Shown piece after piece: positions 40,588-49,616 of a stretch of DNA of 64,000 bases. The position numbers and the translations under genes were made by a program. The stretch lies in the NCBI GenBank assembly GCA_965204925.1, contig OZ242021.1, positions 652,000 to 715,999 on the forward strand, given 5' to 3'. Within the stretch, counting starts at the first letter, position 1, and every line of letters begins with the position of its first letter. The notes under the pieces are model-generated. The model saw only the letters and a list, made by a program, of their open reading frames with translations, had not been told where the DNA came from and searched no databases. The DNA is from Candidatus Poriferihabitaceae bacterium (GTDB lineage: Bacteria > Pseudomonadota > Gammaproteobacteria > Arenicellales > Poriferihabitantaceae).

Positions 40588-40935
40588 TCAACAATCTTTC
40601 TCCAAAAAAGCTGTGTCGAGTGCGTCATGCTGGCCTTTCAATGCGGCGATCTGGGCTTCATTGCCACCGCCATCGGCCAAAAAAAGCAGCGCAGGCCAAA
40701 ACAAGATCATCCCAGCACCAGTTGCAACAGCATCTTCCTCTGCTTCTTTTTTCTGAGCCGCACTGAGTTGATTGACCTGCAACAGAACCCTGTTCTTTTC
40801 TCTCATAATCTGCTCGCACGAATAATGTTTGTAGTTGTCCGGACTGACGTACATGGCCGCAATGTTTTCCGGATTGGTAGCGCAACCAGCAGCGAATACC
40901 GTAACTCCAAGACAGACAACGACTTTTAATAACAT
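40588..40935 (-). CDS. putative lipoprotein
   Basis: MLLKVVVCLGVTVFAAGC is a signal peptide with a lipobox-like AAGC. 115 aa, no family recognised. Confidence 0.6.
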   Translation of the reverse strand: MLLKVVVCLGVTVFAAGCATNPENIAAMYVSPDNYKHYSCEQIMREKNRVLLQVNQLSAAQKKEAEEDAVATGAGMILFWPALLFLADGGGNEAQIAALKGQHDALDTAFLEKDC

Positions 40936-41292
40936 TTTCTCCTCAAGGCAGGTTGATCAACTCTTCAATTACGAGGTTACATCATGGCAGCAGTGTAAAG
41001 TATTTTCCAAACGGTCTCGGGCGATTATATCGAAACACCGTTATGGGCAGAAGGCCAAACGAACAACTTTTTGCCTTGTTAATAGAAATGTCCGTCATAG
41101 CCCAGATTTCCCCTACTGAAAAGTAATCTTTTCAAATCAGTGGGATAGTGAGAGCAAACTATCGCTGTAGCGTTACAAAGGTATGGCTATATAATGGCCT
41201 TCCCAAGAGAGTCCATTTGACGCCGCCCGGACGCTTGATGTCATCAGCAGCAAGCGCTCCATCTGCGAAAACGCTACCACTCATCGTCCTTA

Positions 41293-41308
41293 CAGCAATT
41301 CCCGCTAA
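41293..41308. repeat. IS left terminal inverted repeat
   Basis: CAGCAATTCCCGCTAA, matching 16/16 with the reverse complement of 42891-42906. Confidence 0.9.
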
Positions 41309-41422
41309 ATCCGGGAAGCCAGTAAATTCGGGGGTTTCAGGGGGTTATTAGACAATCTTTTCGCAGATTTTTCATGGAAAAGCGGTAGAATAAGGGCCGT
41401 TTCTTCATAGTCGGAGGATACC

Positions 41423-42733
41423 ATGCCCAGGACCCTGTTTCGCAAGACCCTCAGCGCGCCGGGCCTCCTGCGGCTGGTGCGTGGGGATTTCGATCGCATC
41501 GAAGACCCCGTAGCAAGCCGTGGCCTGGGTCTGACGGACTGCCTGATGTCGGCTTTGGCGATGTTCAGCCTGAAGTACCCGTCGCTGCTGAGCTTTGAAA
41601 AGGATGCGCGCGACGAGGACCGTATCCGGTCGAACCTCAAAAACCTGTACGGGGTGGTTCGCGCGCCATCGGATACGGCCATGCGTGAGCGTCTGGATCT
41701 GGTAGACCCGCGCTCGCTCCGCCGTGTTTTCAAGAGCGTGTTTGCCGCTTTGCAACGGGGCAAGGGTTTGGAGGGTTTCACCTGGTTGGGTCACCATCTG
41801 CTGTCGGTAGACGGCACCGGGTATTTCTCATCGAAGAAGGTGCATTGTGAGCGCTGTTGCGAGAAGCATCACCGCGATGGCAGCACGACCTGGTACCACC
41901 AGATGCTGGCGGCGGTGCTGGTTCACCCGCAACACCGGGAGGTATTTCCGCTCGCCCCGGAGCCGCTCCTGCGGGCAGACGGGTCGCGCAAGAACGATTG
42001 CGAACGCAATGCCGCCAGGCGGCTGTTGCGGGACGCGCGACGGGAGCATCGGCGCCTGAAGTTGCTGGTGGTGGAAGATGCGCTGGCCTCGAACGGCCCG
42101 CACATCCGGCTGCTGGAGGAACTGGATATGCGATATGTGCTGGGGGTGAAGCCGGGAGATCATGGGGAACTGTTCCACTGGGTGGGCGTCACGGCGGCGA
42201 CCCGTAGCGTGGAGATGGAGAAGGACGGCGCCCGCTTCCGCTTCCGATTCCTGAACGGCGTGCCGTTGAATGACGCGAATTTCGATTTGGAGGTGAACTT
42301 CCTGGAATGCCAGGAGACCCGCGCGGACGGTCGGATACTGCATTTCTCCTGGGTCACGGACCTGGAAGTCACGGAATCCAACGCATACGAACTGATGCGG
42401 GCGGGACGTGCTCGCTGGCGCATCGAGAATGAAACATTCAATACCCTGAAGAACCAAGGCTACGGCTTTGAACACAATTTCGGTCACGGCCGGCAACATC
42501 TGGCGACGGTGTTCGCCCACCTGATGATGTTGGCGTTCCTCATGGATCAGGTGCAGCAACGGCGCTGCTCGCTGTTCCGCGCCGCGCGCGCCAAGGCGGG
42601 CAGTTTGAGGTCCCTGTGGGAGCGGCTGCGCGGGCTGTTCTCGGGATTCCACGTTGCGGACTGGGAGACGCTGTACCGGGGTATCGCGTTCGGGCACCGC
42701 AAGCCTGAGCTGGAGCCCTTCGACACATCCTGA
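41423..42733 (+). CDS. DDE transposase (IS4-superfamily-like)
   Basis: 436 aa. GGAGGA lies upstream of the ATG. Candidate catalytic residues are in LLSVDGTGYF, LVVEDALASNG and RWRIENETFNTLK (a Y-R-E-K-like C-terminal block, recalled as IS4-type). The exact IS family was not determined. Confidence 0.8.
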   Translation: MPRTLFRKTLSAPGLLRLVRGDFDRIEDPVASRGLGLTDCLMSALAMFSLKYPSLLSFEKDARDEDRIRSNLKNLYGVVRAPSDTAMRERLDLVDPRSLRRVFKSVFAALQRGKGLEGFTWLGHHLLSVDGTGYFSSKKVHCERCCEKHHRDGSTTWYHQMLAAVLVHPQHREVFPLAPEPLLRADGSRKNDCERNAARRLLRDARREHRRLKLLVVEDALASNGPHIRLLEELDMRYVLGVKPGDHGELFHWVGVTAATRSVEMEKDGARFRFRFLNGVPLNDANFDLEVNFLECQETRADGRILHFSWVTDLEVTESNAYELMRAGRARWRIENETFNTLKNQGYGFEHNFGHGRQHLATVFAHLMMLAFLMDQVQQRRCSLFRAARAKAGSLRSLWERLRGLFSGFHVADWETLYRGIAFGHRKPELEPFDTS

Positions 42734-42890
42734 CCCGGTGCCGTGACCGAGTGTGTGAAAGGCCGGTTCTTCAGGAAAACCCATGGCCAACCGCCGATCC
42801 GGCAATCCGCCGGAGGGGTGGCCTTGTCCGCATACCCTTAACGCCTGCGTTTGCATCCGAAAATCCCGCCGAATCCATGTGGGGATGTCC

Positions 42891-42906
42891 TTAGCGGGAA
42901 TTGCTG
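42891..42906. repeat. IS right terminal inverted repeat
   Basis: TTAGCGGGAATTGCTG, matching 16/16 with the reverse complement of 41293-41308. Confidence 0.9.
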
Positions 42907-43162
42907 GCGTCCTTATGACGGCATTGGCTTACTCACTCCCGTGGGGTATTATCGGTAATTCACACAGGCCAAACCATAATCTCATATGCTTGCGCCTGAA
43001 CATAATAATCCGCACACAGTCAAGAGACAGACCAATGCTGAAACGAGTGGCCGAAACCGTCAGCACCACTCGGCTTCTCCACCAGTTCGACAGTCAGGTC
43101 GAATGCCTGAAGCGGCTTGGGCAAGGTCATGCGAGGCGGATTTCCTACAAAGACCTGACTTC

Positions 43163-44047
43163 ATGAGTGAATTCGGTAGCACATTCCCGAGCCATGCCGA
43201 GCTGAGCAGGGAACGGAAAGTAACCGGAAGAAAAGAAAAAGAAATCAGGCGGGTCAAGCATCATTATTCCAATGGATTTGCCGTAGAGGAAAACCCTCTT
43301 CCCCCGGCATATCGGAACAAGATCGTTACGGGAGACAGTCTGGCTGAATTGAAGAAGCTACCGGACAACTGCATTGACCTGATTTTCACTTCACCGCCCT
43401 ACAATTTCGGTCTCGACTACGAAAAGAAAGATGATGCGGTATTCTGGGAAACCTATTTTTCCCGGCTGTTCAGTATATTCGATCAGTGCATCCGTGTCCT
43501 GAAACATGGAGGACGCCTGATTGTTAACGTTCAACCCCTTTTTTCTGACTACATTCCGAGTCATCATATTATCTCCAGTCACATGTTGGACAGGGGCATG
43601 ATATGGAAAGGAGAAATACTGTGGGAGAAGAACAACTACAACTGCAAATACACCGCCTGGGGAAGCTGGAAAAGCCCGGGCAGCCCGTATCTGAAATACA
43701 CATGGGAGTTTGTCGAGGTGTTCTGCAAGGGGTCTCTGAAAAAGGCGGGCAAACCGGAAGATGCGGATATACTGGGAGATGACTTCAAGAAATGGGTCTA
43801 TGCAAAGTGGTCCATTGCCCCTGAACGGAGGATGAAGGAGTTTGACCACCCTGCCGTATTCCCGGAAGAACTGGCAAGGCGGGTGATCCAGTTATTCAGC
43901 TTCCGCAATGACATTATTCTGGATCCATTCAACGGGGTCGGAACGACAACCCTGGTTGCGCACCAGTACAGCAGAAGGTATCTCGGTATTGATATCTCGG
44001 CAAAGTACAACCGCGTGGCCAGGTGGAGGATCAAGGAGTGTCTCTAA
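43163..44047 (+). CDS. beta-class N4/N6 DNA methyltransferase, probably N4-cytosine (SPPY)
   Basis: Motif IV DLIFTSPPYN precedes motif I ILDPFNGVGTT (beta-class order), and HPAVFPEELARRVI is typical of the N6_N4_Mtase family. SPPY rather than DPPY favours m4C, which is a rule of thumb and not proof. Confidence 0.85.
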   Translation: MSEFGSTFPSHAELSRERKVTGRKEKEIRRVKHHYSNGFAVEENPLPPAYRNKIVTGDSLAELKKLPDNCIDLIFTSPPYNFGLDYEKKDDAVFWETYFSRLFSIFDQCIRVLKHGGRLIVNVQPLFSDYIPSHHIISSHMLDRGMIWKGEILWEKNNYNCKYTAWGSWKSPGSPYLKYTWEFVEVFCKGSLKKAGKPEDADILGDDFKKWVYAKWSIAPERRMKEFDHPAVFPEELARRVIQLFSFRNDIILDPFNGVGTTTLVAHQYSRRYLGIDISAKYNRVARWRIKECL

Positions 44048-44841
44048 GTGCAGAACAGATGTCCTGGCTGGAGAAGATCAAGAAAGATGGCGGCTGTCAC
44101 GCCAGTAACATTCTTGCCAAGAGGAACAGCCCGGATATAGGCCGGTTCATTGACGAATATATCCGATTCAGCGATACCCTGAAGGGCTCACTGGATGGGG
44201 CTGTCAACGCTCTGAACAGATACAAGGATTACGTCGATGAGCATAACGTTTATACCGCTCAATCGAAGTTTGCTCCGACGATAATCGAAGAGTTCCTCTG
44301 CAGGATATTGAAAAAGGAGTTTGGAAACGACGTTTTGCAGTACGGCCCGGTTTCAGCCTACAGCAGCCTTTACTTCTCTTGGTCCGATAAGGCGGAGTTC
44401 AAGGAAGGAATTGAGATCAAGCTGAACGTCAAGGATCAGGATGTTGGCATCTACAAGAAAGAAACCCTCACCACCAGCACTGGAGGAGAGCACGAAATCT
44501 CAATCCCCATTGTCTGTATCGAGTGCAAGATCTATCTGGATAAAACCATGTATGAAGGAAGCGTTGCTACAGCAACCAGGATCAAGACGGGAAATCCATA
44601 CTGTCTGTTCTTCATCGTGACAGAGACGTATGACGTAAGAAAGGACGTGGATATCGAAACGACGCAGATTGACAACATCTATGTTCTCCGCAAGCAACGG
44701 AGAAGCCGAAAAAACTCACCGATAAACCCGATCTGCACGGATGTAATGCAACATCTTCTGGACGCCGTCCGAACAAAGCTGGATTCCATCCGCATGACTG
44801 TTGATGAACGCATTACCTCTCCTGGATACATCCGCCAGTAG
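44023..44841 (+). CDS. putative type II restriction endonuclease (PD-(D/E)XK candidate)
   Basis: Overlaps the methylase 3' end by 25 nt (GTG at 44023; alternative starts GTG 44038 and ATG 44059). VKDQD...x28...IECK fits a D...E-x-K pattern. No family recognised; the call rests mainly on position. Confidence 0.55.
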   Translation: MEDQGVSLSAEQMSWLEKIKKDGGCHASNILAKRNSPDIGRFIDEYIRFSDTLKGSLDGAVNALNRYKDYVDEHNVYTAQSKFAPTIIEEFLCRILKKEFGNDVLQYGPVSAYSSLYFSWSDKAEFKEGIEIKLNVKDQDVGIYKKETLTTSTGGEHEISIPIVCIECKIYLDKTMYEGSVATATRIKTGNPYCLFFIVTETYDVRKDVDIETTQIDNIYVLRKQRRSRKNSPINPICTDVMQHLLDAVRTKLDSIRMTVDERITSPGYIRQ

Positions 44842-45027
44842 AATCCATGCCAGGGAAACAGGGTGCCAGGAAGTGATCGGCGTATACGGGAAACGGCAAG
44901 AAATCACTCACTTCATACTTTGCCACCCATGAACGGACTGCGGCGGGAGTATCCGGCTTGGGGTCGGTTTCGTTCCACCGTTCCCGGAATGCCACAGTCC
45001 GGCGGTGATTACGAGAGCGCGACCACC

Positions 45028-45744
45028 TCACACACGGCATAATGCCATGAAATTATCGTAAAGCTGTCTGGCGTTATCGGCGAACGAATCCATGCTGGCA
45101 TCGCTGTGCGCCTTGATATCCTTGAGAGCGGTCGGTCCCAGGGAATTTTCCAGCGCCTGTCTGTAAGCCGCAATTTCTCCCCAGTCGCTGACCGTGTGCG
45201 GCTCGATCTCGACATGATACTGCATGGACCAGGCGCGCTTGCCGACCCGCATCGCCTGCACACGGCACAGGTCGGAAGAAGCCAGCACGACGGCGTTTTC
45301 CGGCGGCTGGGCCACCCGAACCGAATGCCATTGCAGGCATTTCTGAATGGCGGGCATATTCCTGAAAATCGGATCCGACCGCCCTTCTTCGGTCAGTTCG
45401 ACCTCCATTACGCCAATCTCGGGCGGGTTCTGCGGTCCGCAGGTGCCGCCAAGCGCATCCGCCAGCAGCTGATGCCCCAGACACAGGCCCAGAAAAGGCC
45501 TGTTCAAGTCGTTTACCCATTTGCGAATGGCCTGTTTCTCGGCGATCATCCAGGGGTTCTCATCGACATCCCATACATCCATGGGTCCGCCCATCACCCA
45601 TAGCGCATCGTAGCGCGAAAGATCGGGAATCGGCTCGCCCGCATCCAGTTCCACGGCCTGCCATCCAATCCCGTCCTGTTTGAGGAAATTTCTCAAAATT
45701 CCGGGGTGCTCACAGTCTATATGTTGAAAAACCAGCAGATTCAC
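45028..45744 (-). CDS. class I glutamine amidotransferase (stand-alone GuaA-N-like GATase1)
   Basis: GLCLGHQ nucleophile elbow and QYHVE (His/Glu) give an intact Cys-His-Glu triad. GTG start. Lies 50 nt downstream of hdrB on the same strand. Confidence 0.8.
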   Translation of the reverse strand: MNLLVFQHIDCEHPGILRNFLKQDGIGWQAVELDAGEPIPDLSRYDALWVMGGPMDVWDVDENPWMIAEKQAIRKWVNDLNRPFLGLCLGHQLLADALGGTCGPQNPPEIGVMEVELTEEGRSDPIFRNMPAIQKCLQWHSVRVAQPPENAVVLASSDLCRVQAMRVGKRAWSMQYHVEIEPHTVSDWGEIAAYRQALENSLGPTALKDIKAHSDASMDSFADNARQLYDNFMALCRV

Positions 45745-45794
45745 AGTTATCGGGCGCGTGGTCAGGGTTTGTCGGGGATTGTTCGGGCGATGAG

Positions 45795-46706
45795 TTATGC
45801 GCCTGCGATTTTTTCCAGTTTTTTCGCGCGGATCACCTGACCGTCAAGACCGGCTTCTCTGGCGGTGCCGCCGTAAGCCACGGTCATCAACTGGCTGTAA
45901 TAAACGACCGGCATTTTGAATTTCGTGCTGTACGTCTTGTTGATCCGCTCCTGGTAAACCTCGACATTCATCTGGCAAACCGGGCACGGGGTAACGATCA
46001 TGTCGGCATCGTGATCATATGCCGATTCAACGATTTCCTTGATCTGCGCCTGGCTTTTCTCAGGTTCGGAGAAAGCCAGGGCGCCGCCGCAGCAGGTGAC
46101 TTTCTGCTCATATTTGTCAGCCGCCTCGGCGCCCATCGTCTCAACCATTTTATCCAGATATTTGGGGTTCTCGAACGACTCGCCGTCGATGCCGAACGGG
46201 CGGTTGGTCTGGCAGCCGACATAACCCGCGATTTTCAATCCGTCCAGCGGCTTTTTAACCGGCGCCTCAAGCTCGTCGTAGCCGAAATCCTCGATAAGCA
46301 CCTCGACCATGTGGCGAACCCCCTTCGCGGTGTCCTTGTTGATGTCTACGTTGAGACCGGCGTCGGCGAGAATGTTCCGGGTGTCGGCCAGCAGCTGCTC
46401 CGATTTTGACAGACGTTCCACCGATTCTTTCGCGCCGAGCCAGCAGGCGGCGCAGGTGGCGACGATATCCTGACCCGCATTATGCTGTTGCGACAGGGCA
46501 ATGTTTCTCGCATTCATGACATGGCGGGGCAATTCCCCGCCTTCGCTATAACCGATCGATGCGCCGCAGCAATTCCAGTCGGGAATCTCGTTGAGCTTGA
46601 TATCGAGGGTCTTGCACATCGATTCCACAGATACCATATAGTTGGAGGCCGATGCGTTGCGTTCTGACGAACAACCCGGGTAAAACGAATATTCTTTTCT
46701 GGCCAT
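45795..46706 (-). CDS. hdrB: heterodisulfide reductase subunit B-like (two CCG domains)
   Basis: YPGCS...NCCGA...CAAC and GCQ...TCCGG...CPVC form two CCG cysteine-rich domains. Start chosen at the ATG at 46704-46706 (MARKEYSFYPGC). Confidence 0.85.
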   Translation of the reverse strand: MARKEYSFYPGCSSERNASASNYMVSVESMCKTLDIKLNEIPDWNCCGASIGYSEGGELPRHVMNARNIALSQQHNAGQDIVATCAACWLGAKESVERLSKSEQLLADTRNILADAGLNVDINKDTAKGVRHMVEVLIEDFGYDELEAPVKKPLDGLKIAGYVGCQTNRPFGIDGESFENPKYLDKMVETMGAEAADKYEQKVTCCGGALAFSEPEKSQAQIKEIVESAYDHDADMIVTPCPVCQMNVEVYQERINKTYSTKFKMPVVYYSQLMTVAYGGTAREAGLDGQVIRAKKLEKIAGA

Positions 46707-46722
46707 TTGGGGCAAACCTCGT

Positions 46723-47367
46723 TTAATTGAATCCTTTGCGTTTATCTTCGATCTCGCGAGCCTTTTTAAGCATCCGCCGAAGCTGGGATTTTTGCCGGAT
46801 TCCCCCGGAGCGGAAAAGGGCGAAAGGGTTGAGGCGGCGGGTCAGTAACATTCCGAGCCCGATGTTGCGCATCGCGAAAGCGGTTTTGATTCCCTCGATC
46901 GGACCATTCATGAAATACAGCTTCATGGACAGCCGGGTTTCATTGACGCGCCCGGTCGTGCTGATATTATCCCAGAAAATTCTGGCAAACCGTCTGGTCG
47001 GATTCATCCTGGGCGCCAGACCGAGCCGATTGGCATAGTTCGCCAGACCGTGCATGATATGGGTGATCGGAAGGCCTCTCGGACAACGCACAATACAGTT
47101 GTAACAGGACGTACACATCCACATCGACTCGCTGGCGAGCACCTCTTCCCGCTGCCCCGCCCGAATCATCATGAACAATTCCTGCGGGGGGCGCTCCCAG
47201 GCATCTCCCAGTGGGCAGGAACCGGAACAGACCCCGCACTGCATGCACATTTTCACCCACTCCCCTTCCTCGACATTGGCTTCGACTTCTCGCAGGAAAC
47301 TGTTTCGATATTTCTCGATCATCGACGTATTGACGGCGGACGGAGACGGCGCGCTGGCGGAAAGCAT
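46723..47367 (-). CDS. hdrC: heterodisulfide reductase subunit C-like (2x[4Fe-4S])
   Basis: CMQCGVCSGSCP and CTSCYNCIVRCP ferredoxin-type motifs. 214 aa. Confidence 0.8.
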   Translation of the reverse strand: MLSASAPSPSAVNTSMIEKYRNSFLREVEANVEEGEWVKMCMQCGVCSGSCPLGDAWERPPQELFMMIRAGQREEVLASESMWMCTSCYNCIVRCPRGLPITHIMHGLANYANRLGLAPRMNPTRRFARIFWDNISTTGRVNETRLSMKLYFMNGPIEGIKTAFAMRNIGLGMLLTRRLNPFALFRSGGIRQKSQLRRMLKKAREIEDKRKGFN

Positions 47368-47369
47368 CA

Positions 47370-49610
47370 CTAAAAGCCCTTGAACGGGTTCATGCCGATT
47401 TCCTCAATGCGTGCGGCATATTCATTGATCAGACGCGGTATACGATCGATGTCGGTGATTTCCACTTCATATGTCTGTACACGCTCCGGCTCAAGCTGCA
47501 ACTGGGCCAGCGTATCATCAACCTTGCTCATGCGCTCATGGGCCAGTCCCGAACCGTCTACGAAATGGCACTGATAGTCCTCGCCTTTTTTGCAGCCCAT
47601 CAACAGGATACCATCGAATCCCGAATTGAGCGCATCGGTTATCCAGATCAGGTTGACCGATCCCAGACAACGAATCGGTACGACACGTACAAACGCGCTG
47701 TATTCGATGCGGTTATGCCCCGCCATATCCAGCGCCGGATAGGCGTCATTCTCACAGGCCAGAACGAGAATTCGCGGTTTTTCATCAAATTCATCGGGCA
47801 TATCAATGCTTTTGATCTGCTGGCCCACCGTATCGACCGAATAGTTTTCAAAGGAAATGACCCGTACCGGACAGGCGCCCATGCACGTGCCGCAACGCCG
47901 GCAGCGGGATTCGTTGAAAACAGGGTAGCCGTCCCCGTCTTCATCAATGGCGCCGAACGGACACTCGACTGTACAGCGCTTGCATTGTGTGCAACCGTCG
48001 CGGCGAAAAGAAGGCCAGGACAAATCCCCCGACCTTGGATGGGCCGCGCGCCCCATTGCCGCGCCTTCCACAGCCTGTATGGCTTTCATGGCCGCGCCGG
48101 TAGCGTCTTCAACCGACTGGACGATGTCCATCGGACGGCGCACCGGGCCACAACTGTAAATACCGGTGCGGCGGGTTTCATACGGGAAGCAGATAAAATG
48201 CGAATCACTGAAACCGTGTTTAAGGTGGGGCAGGTCCGCTCCCTGCCGATAGTCGAGGTTCAGGATCGAATCGACGCTCACCCGCGCCTGGCCTGCGCTG
48301 CCCGCGGGCTCGGCAGGCGCCTGGATGTCAACCCCGGAATTGGGCGCCTGTCCCGTTGCCAGAACGACCAAATCGGCATGCGCCACCACTTCCTCGTCCA
48401 GAATATGGTCATGCAGTACGACCTCCAGCGATACCGAACCGGACGCAGCCGCAATCTCGCTGACCGATTGCACCGTGCCGTTGGTAAAGATCACGCCTTT
48501 CGTTTGCGCAGAACGGTAGAAGTCCTCCCCGTTGCCGGGCACGCGCAGGTCGCTGTAGATGATATGGGTCTCGACATCGGGGCTGCGATCCTTGAAATAC
48601 ATGGCCTGCTTGATACTTGCGTTGCAGCAATAACCGGAGCACCAGGGCAGATGCCCCGGTTTGCCGGAGCGTTGCCCGGCACACTGCACGAACACGACGC
48701 TCTCGACCGGTTTGCCGTCAGAAGGGCGTGTGATCGCGTCACCATCCGCCGCGCGGGCCAGAGCTTCGAGTCCAATCTGGTCGACGACATCCTGTGCGCG
48801 GCCATAAGCGAATTCGGGCAGCTGGCTGGCGTCATATCGGTTGAAACCGCTGGCCTGTACGATGGCGCCGACATTTTCAGTGCCGGTTGAGCCGCTCTCT
48901 GTCGAAATATCGACGCTGAACTGCCCGGGAGCGCCGCTGGTGCGGGTCACCGTAGCATTCAGAAAGACGGTGATACCGGCTTCCATCTCCACTTCGCGGA
49001 TGCGCTCCGCAAGCGGGTTGACCTGCGGGTGCGCATACGGCTCCCTGCATGGCAAAACACGATGGAGCTCCCTGACCCACCCCCCCAAAGCGGACTCTTT
49101 CTCGACCAGCAATACTTCGTAACCGGCTTTGGCCGCTTCCAGCGCTGCGGTGATGCCGCTGATGCCGCCGCCGACAACGAGTATGCGCCTGTTCACGCCA
49201 CGCGCCGGATTGGCGGCGGGCTGCTGCATGAATCTGGCTTCGGCACAGGCCATGCGCACATAGTCGTCCGCCATATCCTGGGTCAATTCCCGGGCTTCCT
49301 CCGTATCCGGCTGGCTCCAGATCACCCCTTCCCGCAGATTCGCTCTGGCGACAGCTGCGTCTTCCAGGTTGAATGCGTCCGTTTTCGCCCTTGGCGAGCA
49401 GGCTCCCAGCACAACATGGGTGACGCCTTCCTGTTCGATATCGCGGCGAATGAGGGAGATGCCGTCGTCACTGCATAAATAATCGTGACATGTGGCGAGG
49501 TCGGCGCCGCCCTGCGATTTGGCGATATGAACCAGCTGGTCAATATCAAGCCGCTCTCCCAGGCCACAGCCCTTGCACATGTACGCCGCCGTTTTCATCG
49601 TGTCCGTCAT
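47370..49610 (-). CDS. qmoB: QmoB-like protein: HdrA-type FAD/FeS oxidoreductase fused to a C-terminal MvhD (FlpD) domain
   Basis: 746 aa. Contains VVGGGISGITAAL (FAD), the HdrA-like CSGYCC cluster, two ferredoxin CxxCxxCxxxCP motifs, and C-terminal ILVLACENDAY...RCLG...LLMGC typical of MvhD. Confidence 0.75.
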   Translation of the reverse strand: MTDTMKTAAYMCKGCGLGERLDIDQLVHIAKSQGGADLATCHDYLCSDDGISLIRRDIEQEGVTHVVLGACSPRAKTDAFNLEDAAVARANLREGVIWSQPDTEEARELTQDMADDYVRMACAEARFMQQPAANPARGVNRRILVVGGGISGITAALEAAKAGYEVLLVEKESALGGWVRELHRVLPCREPYAHPQVNPLAERIREVEMEAGITVFLNATVTRTSGAPGQFSVDISTESGSTGTENVGAIVQASGFNRYDASQLPEFAYGRAQDVVDQIGLEALARAADGDAITRPSDGKPVESVVFVQCAGQRSGKPGHLPWCSGYCCNASIKQAMYFKDRSPDVETHIIYSDLRVPGNGEDFYRSAQTKGVIFTNGTVQSVSEIAAASGSVSLEVVLHDHILDEEVVAHADLVVLATGQAPNSGVDIQAPAEPAGSAGQARVSVDSILNLDYRQGADLPHLKHGFSDSHFICFPYETRRTGIYSCGPVRRPMDIVQSVEDATGAAMKAIQAVEGAAMGRAAHPRSGDLSWPSFRRDGCTQCKRCTVECPFGAIDEDGDGYPVFNESRCRRCGTCMGACPVRVISFENYSVDTVGQQIKSIDMPDEFDEKPRILVLACENDAYPALDMAGHNRIEYSAFVRVVPIRCLGSVNLIWITDALNSGFDGILLMGCKKGEDYQCHFVDGSGLAHERMSKVDDTLAQLQLEPERVQTYEVEITDIDRIPRLINEYAARIEEIGMNPFKGF

Positions 49611-49616
49611 TTCCCG

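Larger units (their letters stand above)
41293..42906 (+). mobile_element. insertion sequence, 1614 bp, single DDE transposase, perfect 16-bp terminal inverted repeats
   Basis: IRL CAGCAATTCCCGCTAA (41293-41308) is the exact reverse complement of IRR TTAGCGGGAATTGCTG (42891-42906). Flanking tCGTCCTTA (41284-41292) and gCGTCCTTA (42907-42915) look like an 8-9 bp target-site duplication. Confidence 0.85.
41148..43166 (+). pseudogene. small ORF split by the IS insertion (5' part 41148-41292, 3' part 42916-43166)
   Basis: Removing the IS and one copy of the target duplication joins track ORFs 41148..41351 and 42783..43166 in the same frame (checked by coordinate arithmetic). The join recreates a hydrophobic helix ...TLPLIVL|MTALAYSLPWGIIG. 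The 3' end overlaps the methylase ATG as ATGA. Coding status is unproven. Confidence 0.3.

Noticed and set aside
41828-42856. 342-aa minus-strand ORF inside the IS
   Set aside because: It is antisense to the DDE transposase, which has the SD and catalytic motifs.
39784-44963. Possible att-like direct repeats flanking the low-GC islet (GTATTGGGCTTGGG at 39784-39797 versus GTATCCGGCTTGGG at 44949-44962)
   Set aside because: Only 12 of 14 positions match. By rough estimate such a match between two ~250-nt intergenic windows is not improbable. No integrase is present.
47538-48890. 450-aa + strand ORF
   Set aside because: It is antisense to qmoB and has no recognisable domains.
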